Source: a virus (lineage: Duplodnaviria > Caudoviricetes). From it: DNA of 63,512 nucleotides. The stretch spans positions 1 to 63,512 of the IMG/VR virus record IMGVR_UViG_3300020045_009345; one strand, 5' to 3'. Positions 8,647 through 19,736 of the stretch are shown here, in pieces (position 1 is the stretch's first letter; every line of letters begins with the position of its first letter). Below the pieces are notes generated by a model. It did not search any database, had not been told where the DNA came from, and saw only the letters and a list, made by a program, of their open reading frames with translations. A program made the position numbers and the translations under genes.

Positions 8647-9600
8647 ATGGACATAAAAATAGATTATAATAAAGTCTTTTCCGTCTTACCCCAAATAATG
8701 TCTATGCCTATGGAATTAGTTAGAAATAGGTGGTATGCAGCCCGGCGAATTGATGGAAGATTTTCTAATCGAAAAGATAAATTGGTATGCAGACCGGTTA
8801 ATGATGGGATCCAAATACTAGAACAAGGCGGAGACGCCATGACTTTATTTAGCTGGATGTTGAAGTATGGAGGCTGTAAGGATAGTTTAGAAGTTAAGCT
8901 TAAACTTATGAATTTATCTGCGGCTATAATTAACGTTCCAGATTATATCGATAAAAAAATAGAGCAAAAATTTGTTCCAAAAGAATTTCTAGAAAGGAGT
9001 TATGAAAATAGAATTTATAATCCGGATAATTTTACATTATTTTTAAAATCTATTTTTGGAAGTCTGGCTACTGAGCATACACTTAGAAAATACAAAGTAG
9101 GTCAGACACGATGGAAAATAAAAGAAACAGAAAATTATGAAAATCTCACCACTTTCTGGTACATAAACAAAAATAATGAGATATTACATGACAAAATAAT
9201 TCTATTCAAGCCAGATGGGCATCGCGATCATAGTTTTGGAGGATCCAGATCGCATACGATAAGAAAAGGATATTCTGGAAATTGTCTTTTCGGAGAACAT
9301 TTATTACGAGATAGAAAAGATGGTGAGCGTGTATTTGTTGTCGAATCTGAAAAGGCGGCAATAATTGGTAGTTTATATTTTGGTAATTCAGTTTGGTTAG
9401 CTACCGGAGGCAAAAATAACTTCATATACGGAAATGCAGACGAAGGTTATACTTATCTTGCAGATATTGATGCATACGAATATTGGAATACATTAAGGCG
9501 AGGTAATTGCCCTAAATGGTTTGATGCTTATCCAGATTGGCATCACGGAGAAAAAGATGACATTGCTGATTTAATTTTGGATTATTTGATTAAAAAGTGA
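8647..9600 (+). CDS. Toprim primase-like protein (DUF6371-like)
   Basis: CLFGEHLL..VFVVESEKAAI..WLATGG..ADID..DDIADL; adjacent to the helicase. Confidence 0.75.
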   Translation: MDIKIDYNKVFSVLPQIMSMPMELVRNRWYAARRIDGRFSNRKDKLVCRPVNDGIQILEQGGDAMTLFSWMLKYGGCKDSLEVKLKLMNLSAAIINVPDYIDKKIEQKFVPKEFLERSYENRIYNPDNFTLFLKSIFGSLATEHTLRKYKVGQTRWKIKETENYENLTTFWYINKNNEILHDKIILFKPDGHRDHSFGGSRSHTIRKGYSGNCLFGEHLLRDRKDGERVFVVESEKAAIIGSLYFGNSVWLATGGKNNFIYGNADEGYTYLADIDAYEYWNTLRRGNCPKWFDAYPDWHHGEKDDIADLILDYLIKK

Positions 9601-9654
9601 TAATAATTGTGTAAACATTAATAATATACGGAAAATAGTTCGTAAATTTACAGC

Positions 9655-10071
9655 ATGGCAAGCAAAGAAGCAAAATTACAGTCCGAAATGGTTAAGTGGT
9701 ACCGAAACGAATGGTATGAAAACCCTAAATGTTTATGGGCTACTTTTAATGAAGGAGTTAATATAGGCGGGAAAATATCAATGGGTATGTTAGGTGGCGT
9801 ATCAGATTTGTTGCTTTATGAACGCTATCGTCGTGGGCTCATTGGTATCGAGATTAAATATCCTGGAGAGTCGCATAATGTAGATCATGTTATAAGGCAG
9901 GCTAAGTGGATACTAGATGTTTGTAATAGAGGAGGGTTCTGCGATTCCGTTGAGCAGTTTAAAAAAATAATTAAAGGAGAGTTTGATTGGTATTCTCCAT
10001 CTAAAGTATTACGTTATTTAGAATCATTAAAAACAAAATCATTTACTTGGGACTCAAGTAAGTTTATATAA
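9655..10071 (+). CDS. VRR-NUC / PD-(D/E)xK nuclease
   Basis: EAKLQ..GVSDLL..IEIK..Q. Confidence 0.75.
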   Translation: MASKEAKLQSEMVKWYRNEWYENPKCLWATFNEGVNIGGKISMGMLGGVSDLLLYERYRRGLIGIEIKYPGESHNVDHVIRQAKWILDVCNRGGFCDSVEQFKKIIKGEFDWYSPSKVLRYLESLKTKSFTWDSSKFI

Positions 10072-10072
10072 A

Positions 10073-10699
10073 ATGGGAACAATTAAAATATTAAATCTTT
10101 TTGCTGGAATTGGAGGAAATAGAAAATATTGGGATGGAGATATAAAAATAACAGCGGTCGAACTTGATCCAAAAATTGCATCTATTTATCAAAAACTTTA
10201 TCCAAACGATACGGTTATAATAGCAGATGCGCACCAATATTTGCTGGATAATTATAAAGAATTTGACTTTATATGGAGTTCTCCTCCCTGCCAGAGTCAT
10301 AGTCGAATGCAAAAAGCTACAAGGCACAATGTTACTAAGTATTTTGATTTAATGCTTTATCAAGAAATTATATTCTTGCAGCATTTTTCAAAAGCTAAAT
10401 GGATAGTTGAAAATGTAAAACCATATTATAATCCATTAATACAACCCGTGTCGCAAATAGGTAGACATTTGTTTTGGTCAAATTTCGAGATTAAAGCAGA
10501 TGAAGTAAAACAGCCAATAAACTTTATTAATAAGTGCAATATGGCCGGCAAACAAGCATTGATGAATTGGCTTGATATTCATTTTGACGAAGTAGTATAT
10601 TATAGCTCAAACCATGATCCTGCACAGATTTTACGGAATGCAGTTCATCCGAAGTTGGGCTTACAAGTATTTAATTCCTGTTATGATTTTGTGTTATGA
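10073..10699 (+). CDS. Short C5-cytosine DNA methyltransferase
   Basis: LNLFAGIGG (motif I), SPPCQSHS (IV), ENV (VI), RNAV (X). Confidence 0.9.
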   Translation: MGTIKILNLFAGIGGNRKYWDGDIKITAVELDPKIASIYQKLYPNDTVIIADAHQYLLDNYKEFDFIWSSPPCQSHSRMQKATRHNVTKYFDLMLYQEIIFLQHFSKAKWIVENVKPYYNPLIQPVSQIGRHLFWSNFEIKADEVKQPINFINKCNMAGKQALMNWLDIHFDEVVYYSSNHDPAQILRNAVHPKLGLQVFNSCYDFVL

Positions 10700-11241
10700 A
10701 AAGTCTAAAATTACCATCAACGCCAACTGATTCGCAATTAGAATCAAGACAAATGTTTTTTCTTGATCTTACGCTAACTACGAACGAGCTGCCAGGCGAA
10801 TTATATCGAATGGTTTTCATATCGAATGAGACGCAAGTTTCTGCATCCAGAAAGGCAGGAGGGCTCATAAATAGTCTCGAAGGTAAATCATATCTCGAAA
10901 GGCGAAAAAAACAGTTAGAAGAGTGGTATTTCCCAACTGAAGTAGAATCAACTACAGGCAAAAAAGCCAAACCAAAAACCATCGAAGAGGCTATTTCTGA
11001 CTTGACTCCTACGTTTATAGATGAAGTTTCTATGATTATGAGAAACCGTAATGATCCAAATTTCGCCGACACAATGAAAGTGTTTTTGGCAAAATCGCTT
11101 AAAGATATTCAGATGGATAAAACAACGTCCCCGCCACTCCGCTATTTACCAGAGAGTTGCGGTAGCTGCAAATACAAAGCGTTTGTAGAAAAAGAATGTG
11201 AAGAAGTAGAAGACAATAAAACACAACAAGAAAATGTTTAG
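10696..11241 (+). CDS. Hypothetical protein, possible terminase small subunit
   Basis: N-terminal helical segment (LYRMVF...SASRKAGGLINS...YLERRKKQL) loosely like TerS HTH regions; no TerS beside terL. Confidence 0.3.
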   Translation: MKSLKLPSTPTDSQLESRQMFFLDLTLTTNELPGELYRMVFISNETQVSASRKAGGLINSLEGKSYLERRKKQLEEWYFPTEVESTTGKKAKPKTIEEAISDLTPTFIDEVSMIMRNRNDPNFADTMKVFLAKSLKDIQMDKTTSPPLRYLPESCGSCKYKAFVEKECEEVEDNKTQQENV

Positions 11242-11931
11242 TTGCAATATATGTGTAGGTATTAAAGTAAAGTCAGGAATTTATCACCGGACTCAAAAAT
11301 TATGGGTTGACAGAGTTCTAACCAGTTTCTATAGGCGAACAGGTCGAGTTCCTGATGTGGGATTTACATTAAAAACAGGAGATGTAGTTATCTCGAAAGG
11401 AAGTGATGACACAAGTATAATTTTATTTATAACTAAAAACAAAAAGAAAAATGAACGAACCGTATGTAAAAAAGTATGATGCTAAGCGGGTATTGAAAAA
11501 CCCAATTAGCGAGTCGTACGTATCAAGTGAGCCAAATAGAGCTCAAAGACGAAGGAAGGAGCCTAGGTTTATTAACAATCGTGATACATGCCATATCAAA
11601 GTGATAGGTACTAGAAAGTTTAAATTAGTATTAAGTCGGCAGATTAGAGAAGACGGAAGTATTGCTATCAACAAACATTACTTAGAAAATTAGAGCTATG
11701 AAAGTGGAAGTATCTGGAGAAAAGGAATTAGACCAAAAAATAGAATACCCTGTACTAATGAAGTCTATAAATAGTAAAACTATAGTTTTATTCTTAAATA
11801 GAACGGAAGGTATAGGATTGGTATCCCCGCATAAAAATCAATTATATATTCTAGAAGACGAATGGGTTCCGGCAGACGTAAAAACTAATTGGACCAAATT
11901 TACAGGACAAATAACATTAAAAAATGATTAA
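11234..11931 (+). CDS. Three small hypothetical genes (11234-11479, 11451-11693, 11698-11931)
   Basis: Tightly packed co-oriented ORFs. Confidence 0.55.
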
Positions 11932-11933
11932 TT

Positions 11934-12278
11934 ATGGAGTTTAAAGGACGAGTAGAAGAGATTATTGATAAATCAGGAACCTCGAAAAAGGGAGAACCGT
12001 TTGTCGCGTATCAAATTTTAGTAGAGGAGGAAATGCAGCAATATCCTCAATCTGGAGTATTTGATACATTCGGAGATAAGATAACATTGCCAGCAGTAGG
12101 AGATTTAGTCACTGTTAATTTCAATATGAAGGCAACTAAATGGGAAGGGAAAATTTTCGGAAAAAATAATGCCTGGAAAATTGAGGTTGAAAAATCAGTG
12201 CAGAATAGCGTTAATCCAGTTACAAATACTATTCCGTCTGCACCGACTCCAGAACCAAACAATGATTTACCATTTTAA
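11934..12278 (+). CDS. Single-stranded DNA-binding protein (DUF3127-like)
   Basis: OB-fold pattern SGTSKKG..QYPQ..FGDKI..VTVNF..WEGK..AWKIE; acidic NDLPF tail. Confidence 0.85.
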   Translation: MEFKGRVEEIIDKSGTSKKGEPFVAYQILVEEEMQQYPQSGVFDTFGDKITLPAVGDLVTVNFNMKATKWEGKIFGKNNAWKIEVEKSVQNSVNPVTNTIPSAPTPEPNNDLPF

Positions 12279-12301
12279 CAATTTAAAATAAATAAACAAA
12301 T

Positions 12302-12568
12302 ATGACATGGAAAGAGCTTAAAGACTTTTGCAATAGTGTGGAAGATAGATTCCTAGACAAAAAAGTGATTTTATGGCGAGAAGATGAGAGTATTAACAAT
12401 ATTTCTTGTCGCTTTCTTGAAGAGGATTATTATATTGATGATGATCTAGATGAAGAAGGATGCTATCCCGAATCTGAGGCTGTATTAAAAATTAAAGATG
12501 ATATTGAAATTTATTCAAATGGATTATCTGATTTAAAAAATGTTACGAAAAACTACACCCAATATTAG
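12302..12568 (+). CDS. Hypothetical acidic protein (C-terminus possibly frameshifted)
   Basis: MTWKELKDFCN...; one extra A in the A6 run at 12535-12540 would give ...LKKCYEKLHPILEEEF*. Confidence 0.55.
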   Translation: MTWKELKDFCNSVEDRFLDKKVILWREDESINNISCRFLEEDYYIDDDLDEEGCYPESEAVLKIKDDIEIYSNGLSDLKNVTKNYTQY

Positions 12569-12601
12569 AAGAAGAGTTTTAAAAATTAAAACAAACAAAT
12601 T

Positions 12602-13033
12602 ATGCACAATTATTATCAGACAAAAATCAAGTACGAGAAGACGCTTGAAGAAGGTAAAATTAAAAAAGTAACCGAACTCTATTTGGTAGACGCGATGTCA
12701 TTTACTGAAGCAGAGGCACGTATTATTGAAGAAATGAAACCTTTCATAAGTGGCGAATTTACTGTGGCAGGTATTGTACCGGCTAGAATAAACGAATTAT
12801 TTGAAAACGAAGACGGTGACAAATGGTTTAAGGCAAAAGTAAACTTTGTTATTTTGGACGAAAGAAAAGGAGTTGAGAAAAAAATACCGGTATATATGCT
12901 TACTCAGGCCTCTAACAATGTAGATGCTGATAAAGTTATACGTGAGGGGATGAAGGGAACGATGGCAGATTATGAAATTGCAGCTATTACAGAAACCAAA
13001 ATTTTGGACGTATTCAAATATAATGCTGAATAA
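12602..13033 (+). CDS. DUF4494-like protein
   Basis: KIKYEKT..KKVTELYLVDAMSFTEAEARI..KWFKAKV..DYEIAAITETKILDVF. Confidence 0.85.
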   Translation: MHNYYQTKIKYEKTLEEGKIKKVTELYLVDAMSFTEAEARIIEEMKPFISGEFTVAGIVPARINELFENEDGDKWFKAKVNFVILDERKGVEKKIPVYMLTQASNNVDADKVIREGMKGTMADYEIAAITETKILDVFKYNAE

Positions 13034-13321
13034 ATGAGTATATATAGAAAGAAGCCCGTAACTGTTGAGGCGTGGATAGCGAAAGATTTATCATCAGCTA
13101 TGTCTAAGGATTGGAATTTAGGATTAATACCTGAGTGTATTAAGGATGCATACAATGAAGGAGGTTGGGTATTTCTTACTAGTGGCGAAATACATATTCC
13201 AACATTAGAAGGCACTATAATTGCTAATCCAGATGATTATGTTATAAGAGGAGTTAATGGAGAATTTTATCCATGCAAACCAGATATATTTCATAAGACT
13301 TATAACTACGTATCTAATTAA
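13034..13321 (+). CDS. Conserved phage protein (PGDYG-like)
   Basis: YRKKPVTVEA...IPTLEG...DDYVIRGVNGEFYPCKPDIFHKTY. Confidence 0.8.
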   Translation: MSIYRKKPVTVEAWIAKDLSSAMSKDWNLGLIPECIKDAYNEGGWVFLTSGEIHIPTLEGTIIANPDDYVIRGVNGEFYPCKPDIFHKTYNYVSN

Positions 13322-13324
13322 AAC

Positions 13325-13358
13325 AAAAAAAAGGAATCGATTATGATTCCTTTTTTTT
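13325..13358. terminator. Bidirectional intrinsic terminator between convergent blocks
   Basis: A8-GGAATC-gattat-GATTCC-T8, overlapping the stop codon of the SF2 helicase. Confidence 0.75.
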
Positions 13359-14864
13359 ATGCTTATCAATGAAATTTTTTTTAAACGCCCACCAATATTT
13401 TTCACTTATGTAGTCTCCATTGGTTCCACGAAGCACTTTTATCGCCTCTAGGAATGCTTTCTTTTGGGTATCTTTATTCTTGAAAACTACCGCACAAAGT
13501 ATTCTATTATTATTCCATCCTTCTAAACGTTTCCTTGCACAAAATCCGCCAATTGTTTCTTCTTCGTATCTTACCCATTCTACCAGCTTCGTTAGTTCCA
13601 CCTCGTAAATTTGCTTATCGGTTTGCCATTCGTACCCGCACCACGGGCATTTCATCATAGAAACTGGCAATATACGACCACATCCTATTTTTCCTGTATG
13701 GTCCGGCCTATCTTCTGGGCATACTTTACTTGGGGCTACACCACTGCCACCAGGTTTATGCCATAAACTCATTACAGGATCTGATTCAAACTTTCCGTAT
13801 GTCTGAACGTTATTTCCAAAGTCTAATGCAAAGAATGATTTCTGGTTTCCAAACGGACGATCAGCTCTAGCGACAGCCTGAGAGTATTTAGTATAGCTTT
13901 TAGTTGAGAAGTCTAGGATTACACATTCTAATTCTGGTACATCTAACCCTGTAGATAACATTTCTACCGATATAAGCACATTGGTATCACCATAGGCTAG
14001 TTCGTGCAGCACGTGACCTCTCTCACCTGAAAATTCCTTATCTGTCTCTTGATGCTTCTCTGATAATAGATATTTCGCTTTAATACCTGCATGACAAAAT
14101 TCTCTCGTCAGACTTATGCAATGTTCTGATCCGGTAGTGAAAACAATTGTTTTTTTACCCGGACATATCCTTAGGTAATTGTCGATAATACCAGTATATC
14201 TTTCCGACTTAGCAAATCTTGATTGAAGTTGTTTACTATTGTAATCACCAGTTCCGTAATCTACTTGAATATCATCTAATTTTGGTGCATCAAAAACAAA
14301 ATTTTCGGATGGTAATATATTACCTAATTTGATAAGTTCTGATGGCATAACCGGTGCTACAATATCAGAGTAAAAGTTACCTAATTGCTCCATATCCCCA
14401 GATCGCAACCAGGTACCAGATAATCCTACAGCCCACACGTTTGGATTTAAGTATTTATGCATGGAGGAGAACTCGCCTCTGTGCCCTTCATCCTCAATTA
14501 TAAAATCAAAACTAAGCGCGAATTCTCTCCACTCTTGAAGTCTATTGCATCTTGAAATCATAGTCTGTACTGAAATACAGTATATATCAGCTTCAGGTAT
14601 TTTAGCTGTATGCCTATTTATTATGGCTACATTCAATCCCAGCATCTCCATCTTTTTAAAGTCTTGATTTAGAATTTCAACTCTATGCGTTAGGATAGCA
14701 GTTTTATTTCCCTTCTTAGCTGCATCTCTTGCCATGAATGCGGAAAGGGGTCCTTTACCGGACCCCTGTGGTGCATATATAGCGACATGTTTATTTTTAG
14801 CTAGCGATTTTTTAGCTGCTTCTAGTATTCGGATTTGATACGGGCGTTCTATTAGTTTATTCAT
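13341..14864 (-). CDS. SF2 helicase (RadD/YejH-like) with C-terminal Zn ribbon
   Basis: RPYQ, APQGSGKG, DEGH, LSGT, LSTGLDVP, QAVARADR, CP..C...CPWCG. Confidence 0.85.
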   Translation of the reverse strand: MNKLIERPYQIRILEAAKKSLAKNKHVAIYAPQGSGKGPLSAFMARDAAKKGNKTAILTHRVEILNQDFKKMEMLGLNVAIINRHTAKIPEADIYCISVQTMISRCNRLQEWREFALSFDFIIEDEGHRGEFSSMHKYLNPNVWAVGLSGTWLRSGDMEQLGNFYSDIVAPVMPSELIKLGNILPSENFVFDAPKLDDIQVDYGTGDYNSKQLQSRFAKSERYTGIIDNYLRICPGKKTIVFTTGSEHCISLTREFCHAGIKAKYLLSEKHQETDKEFSGERGHVLHELAYGDTNVLISVEMLSTGLDVPELECVILDFSTKSYTKYSQAVARADRPFGNQKSFFALDFGNNVQTYGKFESDPVMSLWHKPGGSGVAPSKVCPEDRPDHTGKIGCGRILPVSMMKCPWCGYEWQTDKQIYEVELTKLVEWVRYEEETIGGFCARKRLEGWNNNRILCAVVFKNKDTQKKAFLEAIKVLRGTNGDYISEKYWWAFKKNFIDKHKKKES

Positions 14865-15084
14865 TATTCCTTTCTTGTTCTTTATACATTTTTTTTACAT
14901 CATATTCAGCTTCTAATGGTACTACATGATCTTGCCAGTGTCCAGTTCCATTTACTTTCTTTTCGAATCCGCAAATTGGACATTTAAACCATGTTTGTCT
15001 CCATTTTTTACCAGATTCTTTTGTTCCGATTGACCGGGTTTGACCCATCGGTGCAGTACACATATCACAATATTGTGGGTTCAT
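14857..15084 (-). CDS. Zn-ribbon protein
   Basis: CDMC...CPICG. Confidence 0.6.
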   Translation of the reverse strand: MNPQYCDMCTAPMGQTRSIGTKESGKKWRQTWFKCPICGFEKKVNGTGHWQDHVVPLEAEYDVKKMYKEQERNNE

Positions 15085-15392
15085 AATATCATCCTATTTT
15101 CAACATTAATACCCATTTCCTCTGCCATCTTATTAGCCGCTATCATTCCGCTACTCCATCCGTAATCCAGATAAAACACATGCAAATCTATCATGTCTAT
15201 CCATGCCAACCCGGAATCGATACCCATTTTCCATTCCTCTGGAATTAAATCATCTAATACTTGGGTGTATAATAAATGCGAAGCTATTGGCGCCTCGCCA
15301 CGCATTAAACTATCTTTCAAACATAGCTTAGCGTATTGAATATTTCTTTGAACATCCCCGGCGTAAGGATATTCTATAATTACTCTTTTCAT
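15081..15392 (-). CDS. Nucleoside deoxyribosyltransferase-like fold small protein
   Basis: VIIEYPYAGD..GEAPIASHLLYTQVLDD..DYGWSSGM. Confidence 0.65.
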   Translation of the reverse strand: MKRVIIEYPYAGDVQRNIQYAKLCLKDSLMRGEAPIASHLLYTQVLDDLIPEEWKMGIDSGLAWIDMIDLHVFYLDYGWSSGMIAANKMAEEMGINVENRMIL

Positions 15393-15393
15393 A

Positions 15394-15852
15394 TTATTTG
15401 AAATTAGGAGATGGTAAATTATATATAGCTAAACAACTAGAAAATGGAGCCGTAAACGGGGCTCCAACGAAACGAAGTCTGCCTCTATAGAAATGAATTT
15501 TGGATTTGTTCCATACAAAATTATGCCACCAATGAGAAGATGTTGATACAGGTATTAAGGCTACTATTTCAGTTCCATTTAGACTCTCATTATAGCATTT
15601 CTCCATCCATTTATCAATGTTACCACGGCTATATGGTGGATTTACGAATACAACTTCCCCAACCCATTTTTTAGTTAACCCATTTTCTTTTTCTGTATAA
15701 TATTTATGACATTTAGCCGTGTCTTCTTCACAACAAGGATCAAGTGTGAAGTTGTAAATATTATTTAATTGTTTAAATATATCTGGATCTGTCTCCCATC
15801 TATCTTTTTGTAAACATCCCTTTGAGTTAGCAAGTTCTTTATTTATTATCAT
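15394..15852 (-). CDS. Phage N6-adenine DNA methyltransferase (Dam-like)
   Basis: WETDP..FTLDPC..NGL..W..VFVNPPYS..ALIP..GRLRF. Confidence 0.85.
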   Translation of the reverse strand: MIINKELANSKGCLQKDRWETDPDIFKQLNNIYNFTLDPCCEEDTAKCHKYYTEKENGLTKKWVGEVVFVNPPYSRGNIDKWMEKCYNESLNGTEIVALIPVSTSSHWWHNFVWNKSKIHFYRGRLRFVGAPFTAPFSSCLAIYNLPSPNFK

Positions 15853-15856
15853 TAAA

Positions 15857-16642
15857 TTATGAGTTATATAGTTTACCATTAATAATCTTGTAATTTTCAA
15901 CGTTAAAATTACCTTTATCATCCAGCTCGAGTAAAAGCATACCATGGTTCCATTTGTTTATGGGTGCGTACTCAGGATGTAATTCACATAAGCATCCGAG
16001 TGACCATGTGCTTAAAATTTTGCCATCTAGCCGCGTTTCCGTATGCTGACTTGTCTGATGTAAATGACTTACGATACAACTACATTTTGTTTTCAATGCT
16101 AGTGATCTTGCTGCTGATACAGTTCCGACACCTAACCTAATTTCATGCCCATGCAATATTGGAAGTTTCCCAGCATAAATAATACGTTTATCTTTTATTA
16201 CTTCTATACCTATTTCAGATAATCCCAATATAGACTCTAAAGTAAAGTTCGATATACCCCATAATTCGGGGGCTTTCATCTTTAAATATATTTCAAGTCT
16301 TTCCTCGTGGTTACCATATTTAAAAAATATTTTAGCTTCGGGTAGACTATCTTTCAATGACGATAAAAATTGCTTTGCTGAGTTTATTTCTGATATGAAA
16401 TCAACTTTCAATGGGTCTACAGTAAATCGACTTAGCCTGTAAAAATCCAACGTATCTCCGTTCAATAAGACCGTATCTACATTATTCTCTTTTCCAAACT
16501 GAATAGCCGCCGTAAGTGCCTCCATAGAATGAAATGGGACGTGAATGTCCGACATTATCAATATTTTTTTACTTGACTTAGGCAAATTGAATTGCTTGTA
16601 GTTCGTTTCAAAACTTCTGGGTAGATTAAATATATTTTCCAT
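15857..16642 (-). CDS. Calcineurin-like metallophosphoesterase
   Basis: SDIH, NGDTLD, GNHE, HGH, SHLH motifs. Confidence 0.9.
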   Translation of the reverse strand: MENIFNLPRSFETNYKQFNLPKSSKKILIMSDIHVPFHSMEALTAAIQFGKENNVDTVLLNGDTLDFYRLSRFTVDPLKVDFISEINSAKQFLSSLKDSLPEAKIFFKYGNHEERLEIYLKMKAPELWGISNFTLESILGLSEIGIEVIKDKRIIYAGKLPILHGHEIRLGVGTVSAARSLALKTKCSCIVSHLHQTSQHTETRLDGKILSTWSLGCLCELHPEYAPINKWNHGMLLLELDDKGNFNVENYKIINGKLYNS

Positions 16643-16841
16643 AAGTATTCATAATTGTTTTTCTATTAGCTTTTCCTGATTTTCCCTTATAATATCTTAT
16701 ATTGCTTCTTATTTGCTCCACGCTCCCGAAAGCCTGTGGATTATGAAAATATATTATTTTAGCCAATGTTTTATTTGGCATATCAGGGTTTTCCAAGCAA
16801 AATTTCCTAACCATATCTCCTATTTGAGTTCTATCATTCAT
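16626..16841 (-). CDS. Small HTH-like protein overlapping the phosphoesterase
   Basis: PNKTLAKIIY..VEQIRSNIRYY; 17-nt overlap. Confidence 0.5.
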   Translation of the reverse strand: MNDRTQIGDMVRKFCLENPDMPNKTLAKIIYFHNPQAFGSVEQIRSNIRYYKGKSGKANRKTIMNTYGKYI

Positions 16842-17973
16842 ATTTTTTCTAGTTCTAAATATAAAAACATCATTTCACTCATAAACGGAAATCTTTTGTA
16901 CCACATAGATAAAAATTTATATGGATGCATGTCATAAACCGTTTCTATTATTTCTGTACCCCTATCAGACAATACATGTACAAATTCTCTATTCTTTATT
17001 TTACAGGTAATTCCATCCGATGTTTCTATTTCTCCTATATTCCAGCTGTTTGATATTGCTGCATATGGGACAAACACCTTTTCTCTGAATAAATGTTCAA
17101 CTTTAGATTCGTTCATAAATTATTAAAATTATATTTTTACGTTGAATATCATGCTTCCAATTTCGAAACATGGCATCGAATATTTCTTCGATTGGCTTAT
17201 TATAAATCAATAATGATAAGCACTGAGTAATAATGCTATTTACCGGAATAGTTACCTTTTCAAGCACCCGAATATGAACCGGTACTTCGTCTATTGTTTC
17301 CAATACACATCCTTTCTCTATACGTGATACCCATTTATTTTTGTACTCACCATACGGGATCAACATTGCATGTAATTTACAATCTGTAAATAAATGCTCA
17401 ACGATTTTGAACTCTGACATAATACTCTGTTAAACCCTCATTAATAAATTTCCAAATTTTATATCCAGGCTTGAACTCCATAGAATCAAGCCGAAGTGCC
17501 TCCATGCGCATATCTTCAATGAATTCAAGCATTGATAATTTTTCTCCCGATAGCTTTATATGTTCATTGAACCTTTCATTTCCATTAAAATAATCCTTAG
17601 CCAAATTAATGTCTACTCCGATGCCATCTTTGACTCCTTTTCTATAATAAATATTAACCAGCGTAGCAGCTCCTTCCATTAATGTTCTTACTACTCTGTT
17701 TTTGTCCAATATTATAGCACCTTTCTTTGCTCCTATTTTAATTAGGAACATAGAGTTTAAAGCACAATAAAATTCCAATTTCAATGATTTTCCATCTTCA
17801 TCAAATAGAAATTTCAAATCAGCTATTGGATCATTTTCAGATAAGAACTGCTCTGACATTTCAGCCGAGAATAGTTCGGAGCTATCTCTAACTCCTTTTT
17901 TGTACATGTACTCACAAAGTCGAGAGAAACAACGCAGAACATTATATTTTTCAGGAATTGGTCGTATAGCCAT
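16838..17973 (-). CDS. Three hypothetical genes (16838-17116, 17103-17420, 17398-17973)
   Basis: Overlapping co-oriented ORFs. Confidence 0.6.
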
Positions 17974-17993
17974 AATAATTAAATTGTACTGTT

Positions 17994-18596
17994 TTAGTCA
18001 AGTCCAAAATATAATTCATTGCTAAGAGTATTCACATTTACCCCTTGGAGTGAATTTATAAGATTTATTTTAGATTCCTTACAAAGGCCATAACCATATC
18101 CTCTATATCTATAAGAGCGTTCGAATGTTGATGCCGGAAATAAAATTTCTTGTTCTAATACTAGCTTTCTCAATGTTAAATGTTCGAAATAGTCAGTATG
18201 ATAGTAACAATAGTATTCAATTCCACCCTCCTCGGATTCTCTTTTGCAATAAGAAAATTTTGTAATAGAAAAGTCAAACTTACATAATATATCATTGGGG
18301 GTGCCGTATGTATTTCTAACTAATTCTACACGTATGTTTGTTTTTGTATTCTTATAAGATATTGTATTTTTATTCTCATATGAAAATACATAGTCATCAT
18401 TTTTGTCGAAATAGTCATCTGCCGACAGAAAATCAGATTCATTTTCAAAGAAAATATCAATATCTTTTATTTTCTCATTATTAAAAATATTCTTGAAACA
18501 TCCACCGGCAATAAATCCATTATGTCCAGTCATGTATATATCAAGAAATCGAACCTTATTTATTTGGTTAGCTAGTTTCTCTTTAAATTCATTCAT
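17994..18596 (-). CDS. Phage nucleotidyltransferase (PolA/CCA-adding head-like)
   Basis: FIAGGCF..KIKDIDIFF..VELV..FDFSITK. Confidence 0.75.
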   Translation of the reverse strand: MNEFKEKLANQINKVRFLDIYMTGHNGFIAGGCFKNIFNNEKIKDIDIFFENESDFLSADDYFDKNDDYVFSYENKNTISYKNTKTNIRVELVRNTYGTPNDILCKFDFSITKFSYCKRESEEGGIEYYCYYHTDYFEHLTLRKLVLEQEILFPASTFERSYRYRGYGYGLCKESKINLINSLQGVNVNTLSNELYFGLD

Positions 18597-18646
18597 TTGT
18601 TTTAGTCTCCTTCATTACATGCCTATCCAATTCATTAAATAATAAT

Positions 18647-19734
18647 TTACTCATATTTTAATAATTTTAACTTATAAAAATACGGAACAAATGCAATTTC
18701 CCTAATCATGGCATATGCTAATTCTAGCTTGTGAATAGTTTTTTCTTCGTTATTATTAGGTGATATTTGTCTAAGTATGTAATCCATATCTTTTATCTTT
18801 AGATTTATATCGTTTTTAGCTAATACTAATGCTGTATCTATTTTATTTGTAATTAGCATACATCTGTCAATTATTTTCGATAATTCAAATTGAGCCATAC
18901 TCCTGTCTATCATATTCTAATCATATAAATTAATATTAGCGCATGATTCACAACAGTCATAATCAATTTGAGAAAATTGATCGTATTTCGCCTGGCAGTT
19001 TTTACAAAATGGTTCTCCACACTTTTCGCATATTCCGGAGGCTATTTCACCGCAAATATGACAATATTGTTTATCTTCCTCACAACACGGACACCCGAAT
19101 GCGCCATTACACACTTCACAAGCCATAATCTACCTCCTCAAAAGTCGTGTTCCCTATATAATCGAAATCGCAATCATATGGCCATTCTTCTTTATCGCAG
19201 TCTTCCGAGCAATCGTCTGTATGCTCGTGATAATTTAATTTATTATCCGTTATAATGACCACTGATCTCCATTTTATTTCTGCGATCCAATTATATCCAT
19301 TTTCTGCCTCTTTGGATATTCCCTCACAATCGTTTTCGGTCAACCAATCTTCAGCTTCTTCTTTTGTGTTGAAATATTCTAAATCCCCATTGCATGCATC
19401 GTATGCTACAAATTTGCTTGTCTGATATTTATTTGGTTTCATGTTTTATAATTTTTCTATTTATTATTAATACAACTCATACTCTATATTTATGATAAAT
19501 TGATACCGTTCTTTGCATTTCTTCACAAGAAATTCCATGTGTCTCTATGGTAAACTCTTCCCACCCTACTTTGAACATATTGTGAATATTCTCTTCGGAT
19601 AGTCTAACCGTATTACCATAATCAGTAGTAACCTCCCATACGCATCCATTTTTTCCAGTAACAATTGCGTTTCCTATTATGCTTCCATCTTTAGTATGAA
19701 GAATAGTATTTATATCTATTACATGCCAACTCAT
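18647..19734 (-). CDS. Four small hypothetical genes (18647-18913; Cys-rich 18917-19126; acidic 19116-19442; 19477-19734)
   Basis: Co-oriented ORFs; multiple CxxC in 18917-19126. Confidence 0.55.
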
Positions 19735-19736
19735 AA

